Origin: Azolla caroliniana
Lineage: Eukaryota > Plantae > Polypodiophyta
DNA: 64,000 nt
NCBI GenBank assembly: GCA_043228905.1
Contig: JBHGNT010000022.1
Span: 3,906,001-3,970,000, forward strand
Direction of reading: 5' to 3'
Under the pieces are notes generated by a model. It was not told where the DNA came from and made no database searches. It was given only the letters and a program-made list of their open reading frames with translations. The translations under genes and the position numbers were made by a program. Below are positions 50,902 through 64,000 of this stretch, piece after piece (within the stretch, counting starts at the first letter, position 1; each line of letters starts with the position of its first letter).

Positions 50902-51563
50902 GTCTGACGTGCCATGGCACTGTCCCACAGGCGTGCCAGGTGTTGTCCGCCGGAATAGTAACCGACGGACAAGAGCGCAAGAATACGGAATAATATAATA
51001 TTGTAATGCATGTAACGGTTAAAAGACCCTGCCCTGCGTATATAAAGGGCAGAAAACCTCTGATAGAGGGAGCGTGTAATTTTGAATGTAAGAGGCGTAT
51101 TGTAATAGAGTTCTATCTTCTCTGATATCTGTGTGTAGCTACGGCTAATCTACTGTGTGTCTGTAACACCTGAGAGCGTAGGAGTAAGTAATGGTGTGTG
51201 TGTTAGCCCATTGTCAAAGGAGCTCGGTTGTAGCCGTCTCCCTTATACGCTGCTAGGTTACGGGGAATATCCCACTAAGTATTACGCACAGATGCTACCA
51301 TTCGTCGTCACACAGTCACTTGGAGGTCTAGGTCGAAGGACTGACCGTAGACCGTGTTCCTAGTCGGTAACATGGTGTCAAGTCGTACCTGGTGCTGGCG
51401 CACTCGCTACAAGAGTTGAACCACCGAGAAACAGAGTCTCGACGTAGTCAAAAGATGATGAACTGAGGGTAGCTAGGCCTCTTATTTATAGCGATACCCA
51501 AGGCCCCCAGGCAAGTTCACACTTGGCCTAATGGTTTGTCTCAATCCCGAGGATTAAAAGTAA

Positions 51564-51876
51564 GGGAAAAGTACCAAGATACCCCTGGAAGTTTGTCTAT
51601 TTACCAGAATGCCCCTAGAAGTTTCAAATTTACCAAACTACCCCTATGTCCAAAAACATACACTTTATAAAGTAAGTACAAAGGACCCAAAGAGTCTCTT
51701 AAGTAAAGAAATGTGTGTTTTAAGGGTATTCTGGTAAATAGGGCTTGTAGATTTGAGTGTATAATTACTTTATAAAGTGTAATTTTTTGGACATAGGGGT
51801 AGTTTGGTAAATTTGGAACTTCCAGGGGCATTCTGGTAAATAAACGAGCTTCTAGGGGTATCCTAGTACTTTTCCC
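51564..51876. mobile_element. Mutator-like MITE (F), 313 bp
   Basis: ~105-bp TIRs (gggaaaagtacc.../...gtacttttccc). 9-bp TSD taaaagtaa at 51555-51563 and 51877-51885. Absent from D's 5' LTR. Confidence 0.92.
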
Positions 51877-51942
51877 TAAAAGTAATCCTCCCCTTCTTTA
51901 CACTCTCGTTTAACTCTCACACTTATCCACGTGTATAGAATA

Positions 51943-52705
51943 TGTTGGGAGACAGGTCCCTCCGGATGGGAAGAGAGAAGAATAGTGCCGATGAACAAAA
52001 TCGGCTGAGGCTGAGGCCGAAACCGGATGAGGAGTACCCGGCTTCGGAGAGCCGGATGGTGCAGACCCGGTGAGAACCGGATGAGGAGTACTCGGCTATG
52101 GAGAGCCGTCTGGTGCAGACCCAGTGAGAACCGGATGTGGAGTACCCGGCTACGGAGAGCCAGATGGTGCAGACCCGGTGAGAACCGGATGTGGAGTACC
52201 CGGCTACGGAGAGCCAGATGGTGCAGACCCGGTGAGGAATGCTCACCGGATGAAGAGACATATTCGTAAATATGTTTCTGAGAGTCCATCGAGGCTATAT
52301 TTGTAAATAGCCGAAAAGTCATATTAGTATAAATATGACTTAGGGCAAACTTTTAATTACTGTGTGGTTGTCATTCTTGTTGGTGCAAGGAGAGAGAGAG
52401 CGCGTAACTGTGTACAGAGAGAGAGAGAGCGAAAGAGGTCGTTGCCTCTGTTGTAACTGCCGCCTGTGGCGAGGATCGTGAGCACGAGGTCGTTGCCTCC
52501 GTGAACTCACTGTTGTACATTCTAACATAGTGATAGTTTGCAGCCTGTGGGCTGCCGTGGTTTTTCCCTTAGTTTGGGTTTTCCACGTAAACATCCTGCG
52601 TACTCGTCTCTTCTTAGCGTCGTGCATTATTTCCCGTTTTCTGTGTATGATTCTAAGCTCGGTTGTGGCCGAGCGTTGCGTATAGGGAGCGTGCAGTTCC
52701 TGTCA
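51943..52705 (+). mobile_element. Solo LTR (E), probably copia-type, 763 bp
   Basis: TG...CA ends; 5-bp TSD gaata at 51938-51942 and 52706-52710; TATAAATA near 52328; gggttttccacgtaaa motif; no internal region. Confidence 0.88.
52020..52250 (+). repeat. 54-bp tandem repeat array (about four copies) in U3 of solo LTR E
   Basis: Unit gaaccggatgtggagtacccggctacggagagccagatggtgcagacccggtga. Confidence 0.9.
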
Positions 52706-55700
52706 GAATACTATCGTAAATTCTCACCATAGGATATTATATGGTCATGCCTATAACATACTCCCCCTCTTTAAAACATTGCACTCTTGCAATGGAAAGT
52801 TAGGGAAATTAGTTCTGAGAGTATTTTCGCGTTCCCATGTGGCATCTTGATTGATTTATCCATCCATTTTATTTTAAATTCTTGGATTTCTTTAGTACGT
52901 AATTTTTTTGTTTTAACATCGAGAATTCTTTCTAGTACATGTGGTTTAGAAGATAATTCTTCAGAAGTAACCAGAGTTTCAGTTGTAACTGTATTGTCGC
53001 CAGAACCTAGAAGTTCTTTTAGATGACTCACATGAAAAACTAGATGAATTTCAACACCATCGGGAAGAGCGAGATGATAGGCTGATGACCCAATGTGTTT
53101 GAGGACTGTAAAAGGTCCACAAAACCGTGGGGCTAACTTAGCGCACTTACCCTTAGACAATGTCTTAGAATTGTGAGGTACACCTAAAAATACCTTTTGT
53201 CCAGGGTTGAATACACGAGGTTGCCTATGATGATCGACATAAAAACGTGCTCTATCTTGAGTTGTTTTTATATTATCTCGTGCAATATGCAACATATCTT
53301 GCATATCCCAAAGAAAGTTTTGCGTACTTCGTAACTCATCATGATGTATATTAACATCAATCGGGGCTCGTGGCTGAAAACCATACATCAACATAAAAGG
53401 ACTATATCTCGCCGATGTATGCTTGGAGCTGTTATAAGCAAACTCCAGAATTGGGAGATAACGTTCCCATTTTGTTGGTTTTGTACCAACATATGCTCGA
53501 AACATGTCCTCAATAATTTGATTTACTCGTTCTGTTTGTCCATCAGATTGAGGATGATCTGTGGAGCTCATGCTCAATGTAGTTTCTAACTTCTTAAAGA
53601 CTTGCATCCAGAAGTCACCAGTAAACTTTGGATCTCGATCACTCACGATATCCATCGTTAACCCATAAAAACGAAATAAGTCGTCAACGAATTGGTAAGT
53701 CAATTCAGGAGTTGTTACCATGGTTTTAGTAGCAATAAATTTGGCCATCTTAGTTAGTCTATCAACAACAACCCAGATGGCATCATGGCCTTTTTGGGTG
53801 CGAGGAAGGCTAACAATAAAATCCATGGATATACTTTCCCACTTATTATCGAGAATGTCCAAGGGATGTAAAAGTCATGTGGCTTTGTTAACCTGACATT
53901 GGTGACATTTAGTCACATAACTATGTATGTCAGGGCGCATCTTAGGCCAATAGAATTGAGTGGAGATGAGAATGAGTGTACGATGTATTCCAGGGTGCCC
54001 TGCTAAGGGTGCATCATGACATTAAAAAATAATTCTCTTTTTGATCTCAGACAAATCTGGAACACAAACCTTCCCATTACGGTAGAGCAGACCGATAGCA
54101 AATAACTGCAAATAATTCCTTTTCTTGAATGGTATACCGACATTGAGTAGAATCAAGTTTCTTACTCTCGAATGCTATTGGTTTAGCATCTTGATATAAG
54201 ACAACACCTATAGCATAATCACTTGCATCGGTTTCAACCTCAAAAGGTTTTGAAGGATCAGGTAAAAGAAGTGAAGGAGCCTTGCACACCAGGTCCTTGA
54301 GTTCCTTAAAGGCGAGGTCTAGTGTAGCATTCCACACAATAGGTTTTGTAGACTTACGCGTTTGACCTTTTAGAAGATCAGTAAACAACATTGTCAATTG
54401 GGAGTAATTACGAAGGGATTTTCGCAAAAACCCGACAAAACCAAGGAATGATCAAACTTCTCAAATATTCCGAAGAGTGGGCCAAAGCTTGATTTTCTCG
54501 ATGCGAGAAGGATCAATTTGAACTCCTCGTTCAGTTATGAGATGTCCAAGATAAGTAATTGATTTCTTGAAGGACTCCCATTTTGAGAACTTCGCATAAA
54601 ACTATTTGTCACGCAATGTTTGTAAAACAAAGTGGACATGTTTAGCATGTTCTTGTAATGTACGGCTATAAACTAAAATATCATCCAAGAAAATAACGAC
54701 AAATTTTCCAAGTTGTTGTCGGAAAATGTCATTCATTTCTTGTTGAAATGTAGCCGGAGCATTGGTCAAACCAAAAGGCATAACCAAAAATTCATAATGG
54801 CCATAGCACGTACGAAATGCCGTTTTAGGAACATCGTCCTCACTTATACAAATTTGATGGTAGCCAGTATAGAGATCAAGTTTCATAAAATATCGAGCTC
54901 CTTGGAGATGGTCAATTAGATCGTTAGCCCGGGGCAATGGATACGAATTCTTGATTGTAACTTTATTGAAGCATCGGTAATTAATACACATACATCATAT
55001 GCCCTCTTTCTTTTTAACCAAGAGAACTGGTGCACCCCACGAAGATTTACTATAACGTATATAACCCATTCGTAAATAGTCCTTGAGTTGCTTAGATACC
55101 GCATCCTCTTCAGATCGACTTAAGCGATAAGGAGGTATACTTATTGGTGCAACGCCAGGTACAATATCTATACGATGGTCTATATTACGTTTAGGAGGTA
55201 ACCCACCTGGTAGTTCACTCAGAAAAACATCACAAAAATCATTTAAGATTTCATCAAGTTGTTGTTGTTCAAAATATGTTAATTGAACCGAGACATTATT
55301 GATATTGTAAACGTGAATGTCTGGATCATGTACACAATAAAATAGAGTAGAACAAGACAACTCGGATATTGATGGAGAGGAAACAATCAAAAGAGATTGT
55401 TTTTTAACACATTGAATAAAATGAGTGCAATCGTTTAGTACAAATGTAATTGAATGATGAACCCAATCAATAGATAAAGAAGAGCTTTTATTATAGACCA
55501 GGGATAACCCAGTATTACATCAGTGGTACAAAGATTCATTACATGGAAGTCTACTTCCTCTATATAAGTATCAATAGAAATTCCTAGTGAATGAATTGCC
55601 CCGTTGATGTATTGTACTCTTCCATCAGCCAAGTTCACTGTATAGGTGTGATCACTTTTGGTGGGTTGGATTCCCCATATCTGAACCAAACGATCATTCA

Positions 55701-57984
55701 CAAAGTTGTGTGAGCTTCCCGAATCAAACAAAAATTGTATGGGAGATCCATTGATATACTTGTTTGCACGTAGTAAATCATTGGGACCCAATACATAGTG
55801 AGGGAAAGAACATTGACAATTACTTAAATGATGTGTATAGACCTGAAGGACATTAGGAATCTGACATTTGTGGTCTGCAACTTTAGCGTTGCTGTCGTGC
55901 TCTTTCCGTTGGCGCTTTCGACATTGCTCTTTTGTATGACCCTTCTTTTTGCAGAATTCGCAAAAAGGATGTTGTCGTTTACAATCGCGATCCATGAACT
56001 CGTTGGGTGTCTTGCGTTTCCTAGCGAATTGCAACTGCTTAGTCCCGGGCGCTTCGTTGGGTTTGTTGTGGTCCTTCGATGTGCGTTGATAGCGAATAAC
56101 TATATCAATGGCCTCTTCGAAGGATTTTGGATCCTTATCGTGCACTATCCAGTGATAGTCTGAATTGGGGATGCCATTGACAAAACAAGCTATTAACCAA
56201 TTGTCCCCTTCTAGACCCGATTTTTGGATTTGGGTTCTAGCATGGTGGACATAGTCTTCTAGTGAGGAAAACTTCCTGTCAGAGAGGTTCATTAAACCTT
56301 GAGCTGGCTCGGTTCGAGAGGGAGGTTATAGAAATTGGCCCTTAAAAACTATGACAAAATTTGTCCAGGTATCGGGCAATTTCCCCAAAGTTCAGAGCCC
56401 ACGCTACCACGCGGCAGCCTTACCCCCTATTTCTCAGCCGACATATGCAATCTTCGTACTATGTGGCGTGGGATAGAGCTCAAAATGAGACTCCCATCAG
56501 CCCAACCACGTGCAGATTGCTTCTTCGGTTCTTTCCTTTCTTTCTCCCGTAAATGGCTTAATGACAAATGATGGTTCACCCTGTCGCTCATCAGGTCTAT
56601 TAGTCTCACGTTGTAAACTAATGAAACGTGCCTCAAGAGCACTTTGAGATTGCCGAAGTTTGGTCATCTGTTGAGTGGTGAAACTAAGGTATTGGCTTAT
56701 TTGTGAAAAATACATCTCAATGGACATTTGTCCAGGAGGATTTCCTTGAGTTCCTTCTGCTTGAGCGGATGACATCGGGTGGTTATTTTGAGCCATTGAA
56801 TGATTATTTCTGGCAAAGAAATAGGATAAGGTCAGACAAATAGTCATAACATCATGTCGTGATGTAAACATATCATGGGCAAACATTAATTGATATCATG
56901 ATCTCACATAAATACCCCTGTAGACGTATGTTATGAGGTTGAAGATCAGGTTACTATGGTAACACAAAGGTGTTTTAAAAACCATGGGGGTGAAAAATTA
57001 ATGTCTTTCCCTGATCTCTATATCGATTTTTTCATGGTGGCTCCCTGAGGCTCAACCATGTATGTTCGCATCATGAATAGTTTATACACAAAAAAAATGT
57101 TAACAATAAACTATGTTTCGGTGCCCACATATGTGGTTTCAGCTCTTTAAGTCCTATTACAAGGACTCCGAAGTGCACTTAGACCTCAAGTCTAAACATG
57201 TGTTATAGTCATATGTAACAACGATGTTGTATGGTCTTGGTCATATTTGAACTCGAGACCTCGAGAACAAATGTATTAAATACTTGAGCCAACCAAGTAG
57301 GTTGCTCTTCTTGAATGTTTAATGTTCCATGCGTACAAGAGATATGCAAGTCATTTGCCCATATATGTTTTTAAAAAAAAGAAACATATATGTCAAGAGT
57401 CCTTATTTCCCCCTCGTTTACCACAAACTTTGTTGGTACGTTACCTAACCTCAAGTCTCGTAATTACGATGGCATACGCCAAAGTGCAACCTAATTGTCA
57501 AGCCAAATAAGCCCTCTTTTTGTAGTAGGCCCACGTGGCCCATCACATGGTTACGTCATTACGAATGCCTTTCGTAAGAATGAGCTCATGGTGACATCGT
57601 ATCCATGTAATGAGGGAGGGATGTTGGATATGTGTGTCATAAGAGCGGCCTCACATCAAGTGAGTCAAGCCCTACGTTCTCAACACCATTGTGGCTAAGA
57701 TTGTTTCATTACGTAACGAAATCGAAGTTACCAACGGGGATGTCAACAATAAAAATTTGTTGAAAAAGGGATGGTGACAACGCCATTCTCACAAAAATGT
57801 GAGGATGGCCACCAAGATCCTTTCCCCGAAAATGAAAACATTCGATATTGAAATCACGTAATAACTTATATACACATATGTATATTATCACATATATACG
57901 ATCCAATACGTATACACGTGACCACATATGCATATATTAAACAAATCGTTACATCAAATAGCCAAAAATGATGTAATCGAGATA

Positions 57985-58245
57985 CGTAATTGAGGCATAT
58001 AGCCTCTACGCACACGAAATATCCAGAAATAAGGGTTCATTGTAATACTCAATTGAGGTATTGAACTCTTACGCATACAAGACCAAACACATATCATTTA
58101 CAACAAAATCGAGGTATTGAACTCATACGCATACGTAACATATGTATGTGAACGTAATACGCAATTGAGGTATTAACCTCGTACGCAAACGACACTAATC
58201 ACATATTATTTATATGTCAAATGAGGTATTGACCTCGTGCACATA
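57985..58245. repeat. Degenerate ~55-60-bp repeats in the 5' leader of element D
   Basis: gaggtattgaactc.tacgca-like motif recurs five times, near 57992, 58055, 58110, 58167 and 58223. Confidence 0.7.
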
Positions 58246-59628
58246 TGTAAACGTTTTATATAACCAATTAATTACCACTACAACATCATTGAATATATAT
58301 ATAAAAAAAATTACATATTAACCATACACATGATTAAATTGGGAGAAGAAAGAATAGAAAAAAACAAGAAAGATTACCGAAATTCCTTTGTTGATTGCTA
58401 TTTGGAACAAGGTTGATCGCACGTTGATCGATCGCCATCCATCAAGAAGACAAAACCAACAAAAGAAACATTAGAACATGAGCTCTGAAACCAACTATTA
58501 GAGATATGAACTAATCTAAGCAAAATATAAGGATAAAAGATAGATAGATAGAGAGGCGAGAGAGAAAGAAGGGTGCCGATCCACCCGACCACCCCCGAGC
58601 GAAGGGATCGAGACGGACTTGAGCCTCGATCGGCGTCCCATACCACCGCCGTGGCGTCGAGTCGTACCTGGTGCTGGCGCGCTAACTACAAGAGTTGAAC
58701 CACCGAGAAACAAAGTCTCGACGTAGTCAAAAGATGATGAAATGAGGGTAGCTAGGCCTCTTATTTATAGCGATACCCAAGACCTCCAGGCAAGTTCACA
58801 CTTGGCCTAATGGGTTGTCTCAATCCTGAGGATTAAATGTAATCCTCCCCTTCTTTACACTCTCGTTTAACCCTCACACTTATCCACGTGTATAGAATAC
58901 TACAGTAAATTCTCACCACGGTATATTATATGATCATGCCCGTAACAGAAAATGTAAGTAAAACCCCAACAAAAACCAAAAGAAAAAAAAGATTTTAGTG
59001 AAAAAGATGCCAAAGGAAGGAAGAAAGAAGAATTGAAGAGATGACGATGAAGAAGATGATGATGAAGAAGAAGAAGAAGAGAGAAAAGAAGACATAAACC
59101 TATCCTAACTCCAAGTGTGATAATTGCAGAAGATAGACGGCGAAGAAGAAGAAAACGAAGAAAAGAGAAACCTATCATGAGTGTGATAATCATAGATGAT
59201 TCCTCAAGCTATGAAGGCATAATTGTAAATAATTACAATTTGAAGTAGAACATCGTGATACACACTTACACTGATTTATAGAATAAGGGAATGTCGATAT
59301 CCATATTACTACAAGTATTTTAGGATGTGAAATGTTCAAATGTCTTATATGCATTTTAGGATGTAGAACTATATTGTACATCACAAAATTGTGTAAACAT
59401 AGATGTTTTTTATAATATTATAGATATTTTTTAGAAAGGTAAATAATTTTTAAATTCTAGAAGTATTTAACGTACTATACGTAAAATACGTATTTTATAA
59501 GTATTTAATATATTAAGAAAACGTATTTAACGTATTTTTAAATTGGGAGGTACTATACGCGTATTAATACATTATATACGTATGGTATCCGTACCGTACC
59601 TAACGTACCTAACAACCTTGGCGCAGAC

Positions 59629-62600
59629 CCATGCGAACGACGTTGGTCATGCTCGATTTCATGGGCCAGATGGAGGACATGGTCATCGACCGAGTTCTTC
59701 GGTTAGAGATGGAGGATACAGAAGAAAGCATGTCCATGACATTCTTACGACAGGCGCTACCATGAGATGATGAGCACCGGTTCCGACAGGCGAATCAGTA
59801 CACCATTTGCCTTAACCCAGGACACTCAACGGTCAAATGTAATATGTGGGTACACTGTCCAATTTGCCACTCCAGGGCACACACGGTTGATCAATGTGAG
59901 TATAACCTCTTGAATCAACCCACGACACTGGTTCGGAGAATTGAACCGCAACGCAACGGTCGGTAGCCAAACAAGCGGTTTAACCAGGACGAACGATATC
60001 GAAACACGGAGCAACATCGTTAAAAGGAATGTGTTCGCTAGGAAGACGACCACTACTGGGAAGATGACGAAAGAGATGAAGAGAACTACCGTTGAAATGA
60101 CCGATACAACAATCAAAATTTGCAACGCTATGAGAATAGGCACCCCACGAATAATAAAGGTGGGCATGCCGAACCGCGGGCGTATGGCAGCGATCAGAAA
60201 GCTAACCAGCAGCCACGTGACGACAGTTCAGAGGAAGACCGACCTCGACCAAACAATAACAACTGACACAACTACCGCAACACACGGCACTACCAGTACC
60301 AACCGTGAGCTCGCGATGAGCCTGAGACACAACCGAAGCCAGTGGCTCCACCAACAGCAGAAAGAGGCGAGTCTAGCATGCACTGTTTTATCTGCCAGCA
60401 GTCAGGGCACTACACGACCTTGTGCCCGCGACGGGTTTTTGCCGAACGCGTCCTGGAACTGCTTTGTGATCTCCCCGCAAGCAAGCAAGCTTGACAAGGG
60501 GAAGAGACCGACGATCAATATGATCACCACAGAAGTCCAACAAGTGACCACTCGAAGCCAAACAAAGGCAACCGATTGGGAAGTCCAAGACGACATTAGC
60601 AAAGCCGCAAAAGCCTGGGTTGAAAAACCTAATGAGGCAAACGTCGAACGGATCCACCAGGATCGAACAATCAAAGCATTGACATCGCGAACAAAGGAAG
60701 CTGGGGCAGAAGATGACCCGATATGGCAAGCCCTCGCCGACTGCCAGATCACAATGACGATGAATAAACTGTTGAATTTAGTCCTTAGGTTTCAACATTC
60801 GATGGAAGCATGGATGCGCAAGGCGGACCAGGTGAATATTCTTGTCAATTTTGCCGAATCGGCAATGGGGCCGATGGTAGTCGACCACCATAACCCTGCC
60901 ATTAAGGTCATCATACAAGGGGAAGAAATTTCGGGTTGCATCATCGATGGTGGCTCTAGCGTTAATGTCATCAGCAAAGCTACTTGCAATCACCTGGGCT
61001 TCGTAAATTGGGAAGAATGCCCATTCTTGTTACACATGGTGGATACCCGATCCGTTTGTCCATTAGGACTATTGCGCAAATTAGCGATCATAATCGCCGA
61101 ACATATGTTTGAAATCTCGGTAGTGGTGCTGGCTCTTGACGCGCCGGGAGCATACCCCTTACTACTAGGAAGACCATGGTTGCGCTCGGTGAACATCATG
61201 CAGAATTGGCAATACAACAACATTAGCTTTCTCTGAGGCAGAGCGAAGATTCGGGTGCTGACGTAGGAAAGTGCACTACCGACAAAAGCTATGACTCCAC
61301 TATACGCGGAGGATGTCCACATGCTAGAACGACTAGGTGACGAGGAATTAGAAAAATATTTGCAAGACAACCCTCACATTGTCCCCTTGTTCGACATAGA
61401 CGTCATGGAAACCGCGGGGGCTTATACCACTTCGGCGACAACCGAAGACGAAGAATGTGAACTGGATATGGAAGCACTCATGGAACTTCGCAGGGTGCAG
61501 GACGCATTTAAGCGAGAGATGGAGATTTCCCGATGTGTCACGACATCGGCACTAGAAGATATCAATGTCGGAACTTTCGACGTATCACGACCACGAAGGA
61601 TTTACCACCCTCGGAAAAGGCGGCTATGATCAATTTACAACACGAATATAAAGATGTGTTCGTATGGTCCCATGAAGATATGAAAGGGCTGGATCCGAAA
61701 TTCTACCAGCACAAGATTAACCTTGTGATGGACGCGAAGCCCGTCTAACAACGACATTATCGCATGAATATGAACTACGCGGCTCAAAGAAAAAATAGAT
61801 AAACTTTTGAAAATCGGATTCATCGGCTAGTAAAGCAGGCGACCTACTCGAGTCCGATTGTTGTCATGCCGAAGAAAAACGGGAAAATCCGAGTTTGCGT
61901 CAACTATAGGAAACTGAACGATGTGACAATATTGACACATTTCCCTTACCATTGAAGGATGGCGTACTCAATGCAGTAGCTGGACACAAGATGTACAATA
62001 TTTTAGACGGCTTCAATGGCTATAATCAGATCCGTAGGCACCCAAACGATCAAGATAAGACAACGTTCGTGATGGAATGGGGTGTATTCGTAGCAGTTGT
62101 GATGATGTTCAGACTCAAAACGGCGGCGACGACATTCCAACGCATCATCAGTGAAATTTTTGGCGAATACATACTTGCCTTCATGCAGGTTTTCCTTGAT
62201 GATTTCATTGTATACAATGCACGAAATGAACATATACGACATCTACGGTTATGCTTGGAACGATGCTGAGTGGCGCGACTTAGCCTGAATCTAGCGAAAT
62301 ATGCATTTAGCGTGACAAGTGGCGCTCTGCTCGGACATATAGTAAGCCATGAAGACATTGTCATCCATATGGGGAAAATCAAGGTAATCATCGAAGCACT
62401 GGCCTCAAAAAATGCCAAGGTCATCAGTCACTTTCTAGGACAGATCTGATGCCATAGTTGGATGTTACGCTACCTAGCCGATTTTGCGACACCTCTACAT
62501 GCGACAGTTCACACCGAACGCCATTCCAATGGACATAGACGGAGGACAAGGCATACATAACCCTAAAGGTCGTGCTAACACAAGCCCCAGTTGTCCAACC

Positions 62601-64000
62601 CCCAGATTGGACGTGACCATTCCATATGTTCGTCGATGCATCGAACATCGCAATCGACAACACGCTCATGCAACTAACCAAACCGAATTGGTATCGACCA
62701 GTTCATTATTCAAGCCGGAAGCTTTCGATCGCCGAATGAAATTACTCCACGACCAAGCGAGAAGCCCTAGGTATGATATATAGTATCAATAGGTTTGGAC
62801 ACTACCTACTGGGCCAGAAGTTTGTGTTTTCACGTGGATCATGCGCCTCTCCTGTATCTGGTTTCGAAGTAGTCACTCACGGGTAAGCTGGCTCGATGGA
62901 TGTTGTTGCTACAAGAATTCGAATTCGAGATCCAACATCGGCCAGACACTCAACATGCCATCGTGGATTATCTAAGCCACATTGAGAACGGAGAAGAAGC
63001 CTCAGGGCATGATGACGACTTTCCGGATAGCGGAATTCTATGAATTTCGGCAAGTGAGGCCGAAACTGACAAGGTGACACCAGAGGATAAATGGCTCGAG
63101 GATATGAGTCATTTCTTGACCATCGGCTTACCCCCCCACGGATGCGAATGGATGAGAAAAGCAATTGGTGGTCTGAAGTCGAAATTTTTGCCTCTTAGAG
63201 GGTACACTATACCACAAAGGGAGCGATGACGTTTGGCGGCAATGCATTCGGCACGACGAAAAAGAAGCAGTATTATGGAAGCGCACTGTGGGATAGTCGT
63301 GGGGCATTACGCTGGTGAAGCAACAAGAAGGAAAATATGGCAAAGTGACCTCTGGTGGCCAACCACATAGAAAGGCGCCCATATGTACTGTAGACAATGC
63401 AATTTATGCCAACGGATGGGCTAGCCCACGGAACGGGCCCGTATGCCTCATCAGCCCATGTTATCATTGGAACCATTCCAAAAATGGGGCCTTGACTTCG
63501 TTGGACCATTCACTCCATGCGGCACACATTGGGAATAGGTATATCTTAGTCACAATAGATTATTGCACAAAGTGGGTAGAAGCAAAAGCCTTAGGGGACA
63601 ACACGATGGGGTCCACTACAAAAATCCTCTATGAGAACATTTGATGTCGGTTCGGATGCCCCATCGAACTCATAAGCGATTAGGGAGGCCATTTTCTCCA
63701 TAAGGTTGTACACAGATTCACAGAGCACTACGCCGTAGTTCACAAAAAGAGTACCTCGTATTACCCTCAAGCAAATGGACTAGCGGAATTGACGAACAAG
63801 ACTCTACAGAATATACTAAAGAAAATCGTCAACAAGAATCAGATGGACTGGGATACAAAGCTCTAGAGCGCCCTCTAGGCAGATCGCACGAGCTTCAAGA
63901 CAAGTATCCAAGCAACACCATTTCGATTGGTGTACGGTCTCGAAGCAATAATGCCAATCGAATTTCGAGTGTCGAGATTGCACGTATAAGTTCGAGTGCC
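59629..64000 (+). mobile_element. Degenerate Athila/OTA-like gypsy element (H): gag C-terminus to integrase, runs off the window
   Basis: CCHC knuckles, PR IIDGGSS, RT VFLDD, RNase H, IN ([20 protein letters not shown]). Same family as B and C, with many more lesions. Confidence 0.9.

Larger units (their letters stand above)
38875..51372 (+). mobile_element. Athila/OTA-like Ty3/gypsy LTR retrotransposon (C) with an extra 3' ORF, interrupted by G
   Basis: LTRs at 38875-~39315 (3' end missing) and 50941-51372 (TGTTG...GTAACA). TSD tggcg/tggtg; the empty site is visible in D's 5' LTR near 58652. gag from 39588, PR IIDGSSG, RT VFLDD, RNase H, IN to 48321, extra ORF ~48660-50901. Confidence 0.93.
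38714..58947 (-). mobile_element. Chromovirus-type Ty3/gypsy LTR retrotransposon (D), decayed, 3' LTR split by three insertions
   Basis: 5' LTR 58947-58496; iMet-type PBS TGGTTTCAGAGCT 58493-58481; gag (CEFCKKKGHTKEQC), PR (FLFDSGS), RT (VIFLDD), RNase H (ETDASDYAIG), IN with chromodomain-like end (ERILDVKTKKLR..EFKIKW); PPT aaagagggggagta ending 52759. 3' LTR pieces 52758-52706, 51942-51877, 51563-51373, 38874-38714. TSD GAAAA at 38709-38713 and 58948-58952. Confidence 0.93.
38543..59620. mobile_element. Non-autonomous hAT DNA transposon (I), ~0.84 kb net, split by element D
   Basis: TIRs catggttgtt / aacaaccttg. 8-bp TSD gtgcagac (38535-38542) / gcgcagac (59621-59628). CGTA/TACG-rich subterminal repeats. 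Pieces are 38543-38713 and 58953-59620. Confidence 0.85.

Noticed and set aside
52020-52250. Regular array resembling a CRISPR locus
   Set aside because: The units are contiguous 54-bp tandem repeats with no unique spacers, inside a solo LTR; there are no cas genes.

Overview
Repeat-rich land-plant nuclear DNA. It holds one intact host gene, a GH116 non-lysosomal glucosylceramidase (GBA2-like) on the minus strand at 8803-19600. I reconstructed 18 coding exons by hand: 3021 nt, 1006 aa, one GC-AG intron. The gene is flanked by transposable elements. On the left, a Ty3/gypsy element (1-4031) is inserted into a decayed Ty1/copia element. On the right (23.5-64 kb) is a nested cluster that target-site duplications (TSDs) resolve. 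An Athila/OTA-like gypsy element (H) was hit by a non-autonomous hAT element (I), which was hit by a chromovirus (D). D's 3' LTR then took three further insertions: gypsy C, solo LTR E and Mutator-like MITE F. C was in turn hit by a young gag-only LTR element (G). The most unusual signals are three. (i) A tRNA-Trp-primed LTR family (A1/A2 and G): its autonomous form has a GGATTTT-plus-pseudoknot -1 frameshift signal between protease and RT, and its non-autonomous gag-only form carries a tRNA-like Pol III A/B-box cassette in both LTRs. (ii) A conserved extra ORF of about 700 codons (PMD-like N-terminus plus coiled coil) downstream of integrase in two divergent copies (B and C) of the Athila/OTA-like family. 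(iii) Five-level nesting. All calls were read by eye with no database searches. Element letters are my own labels.
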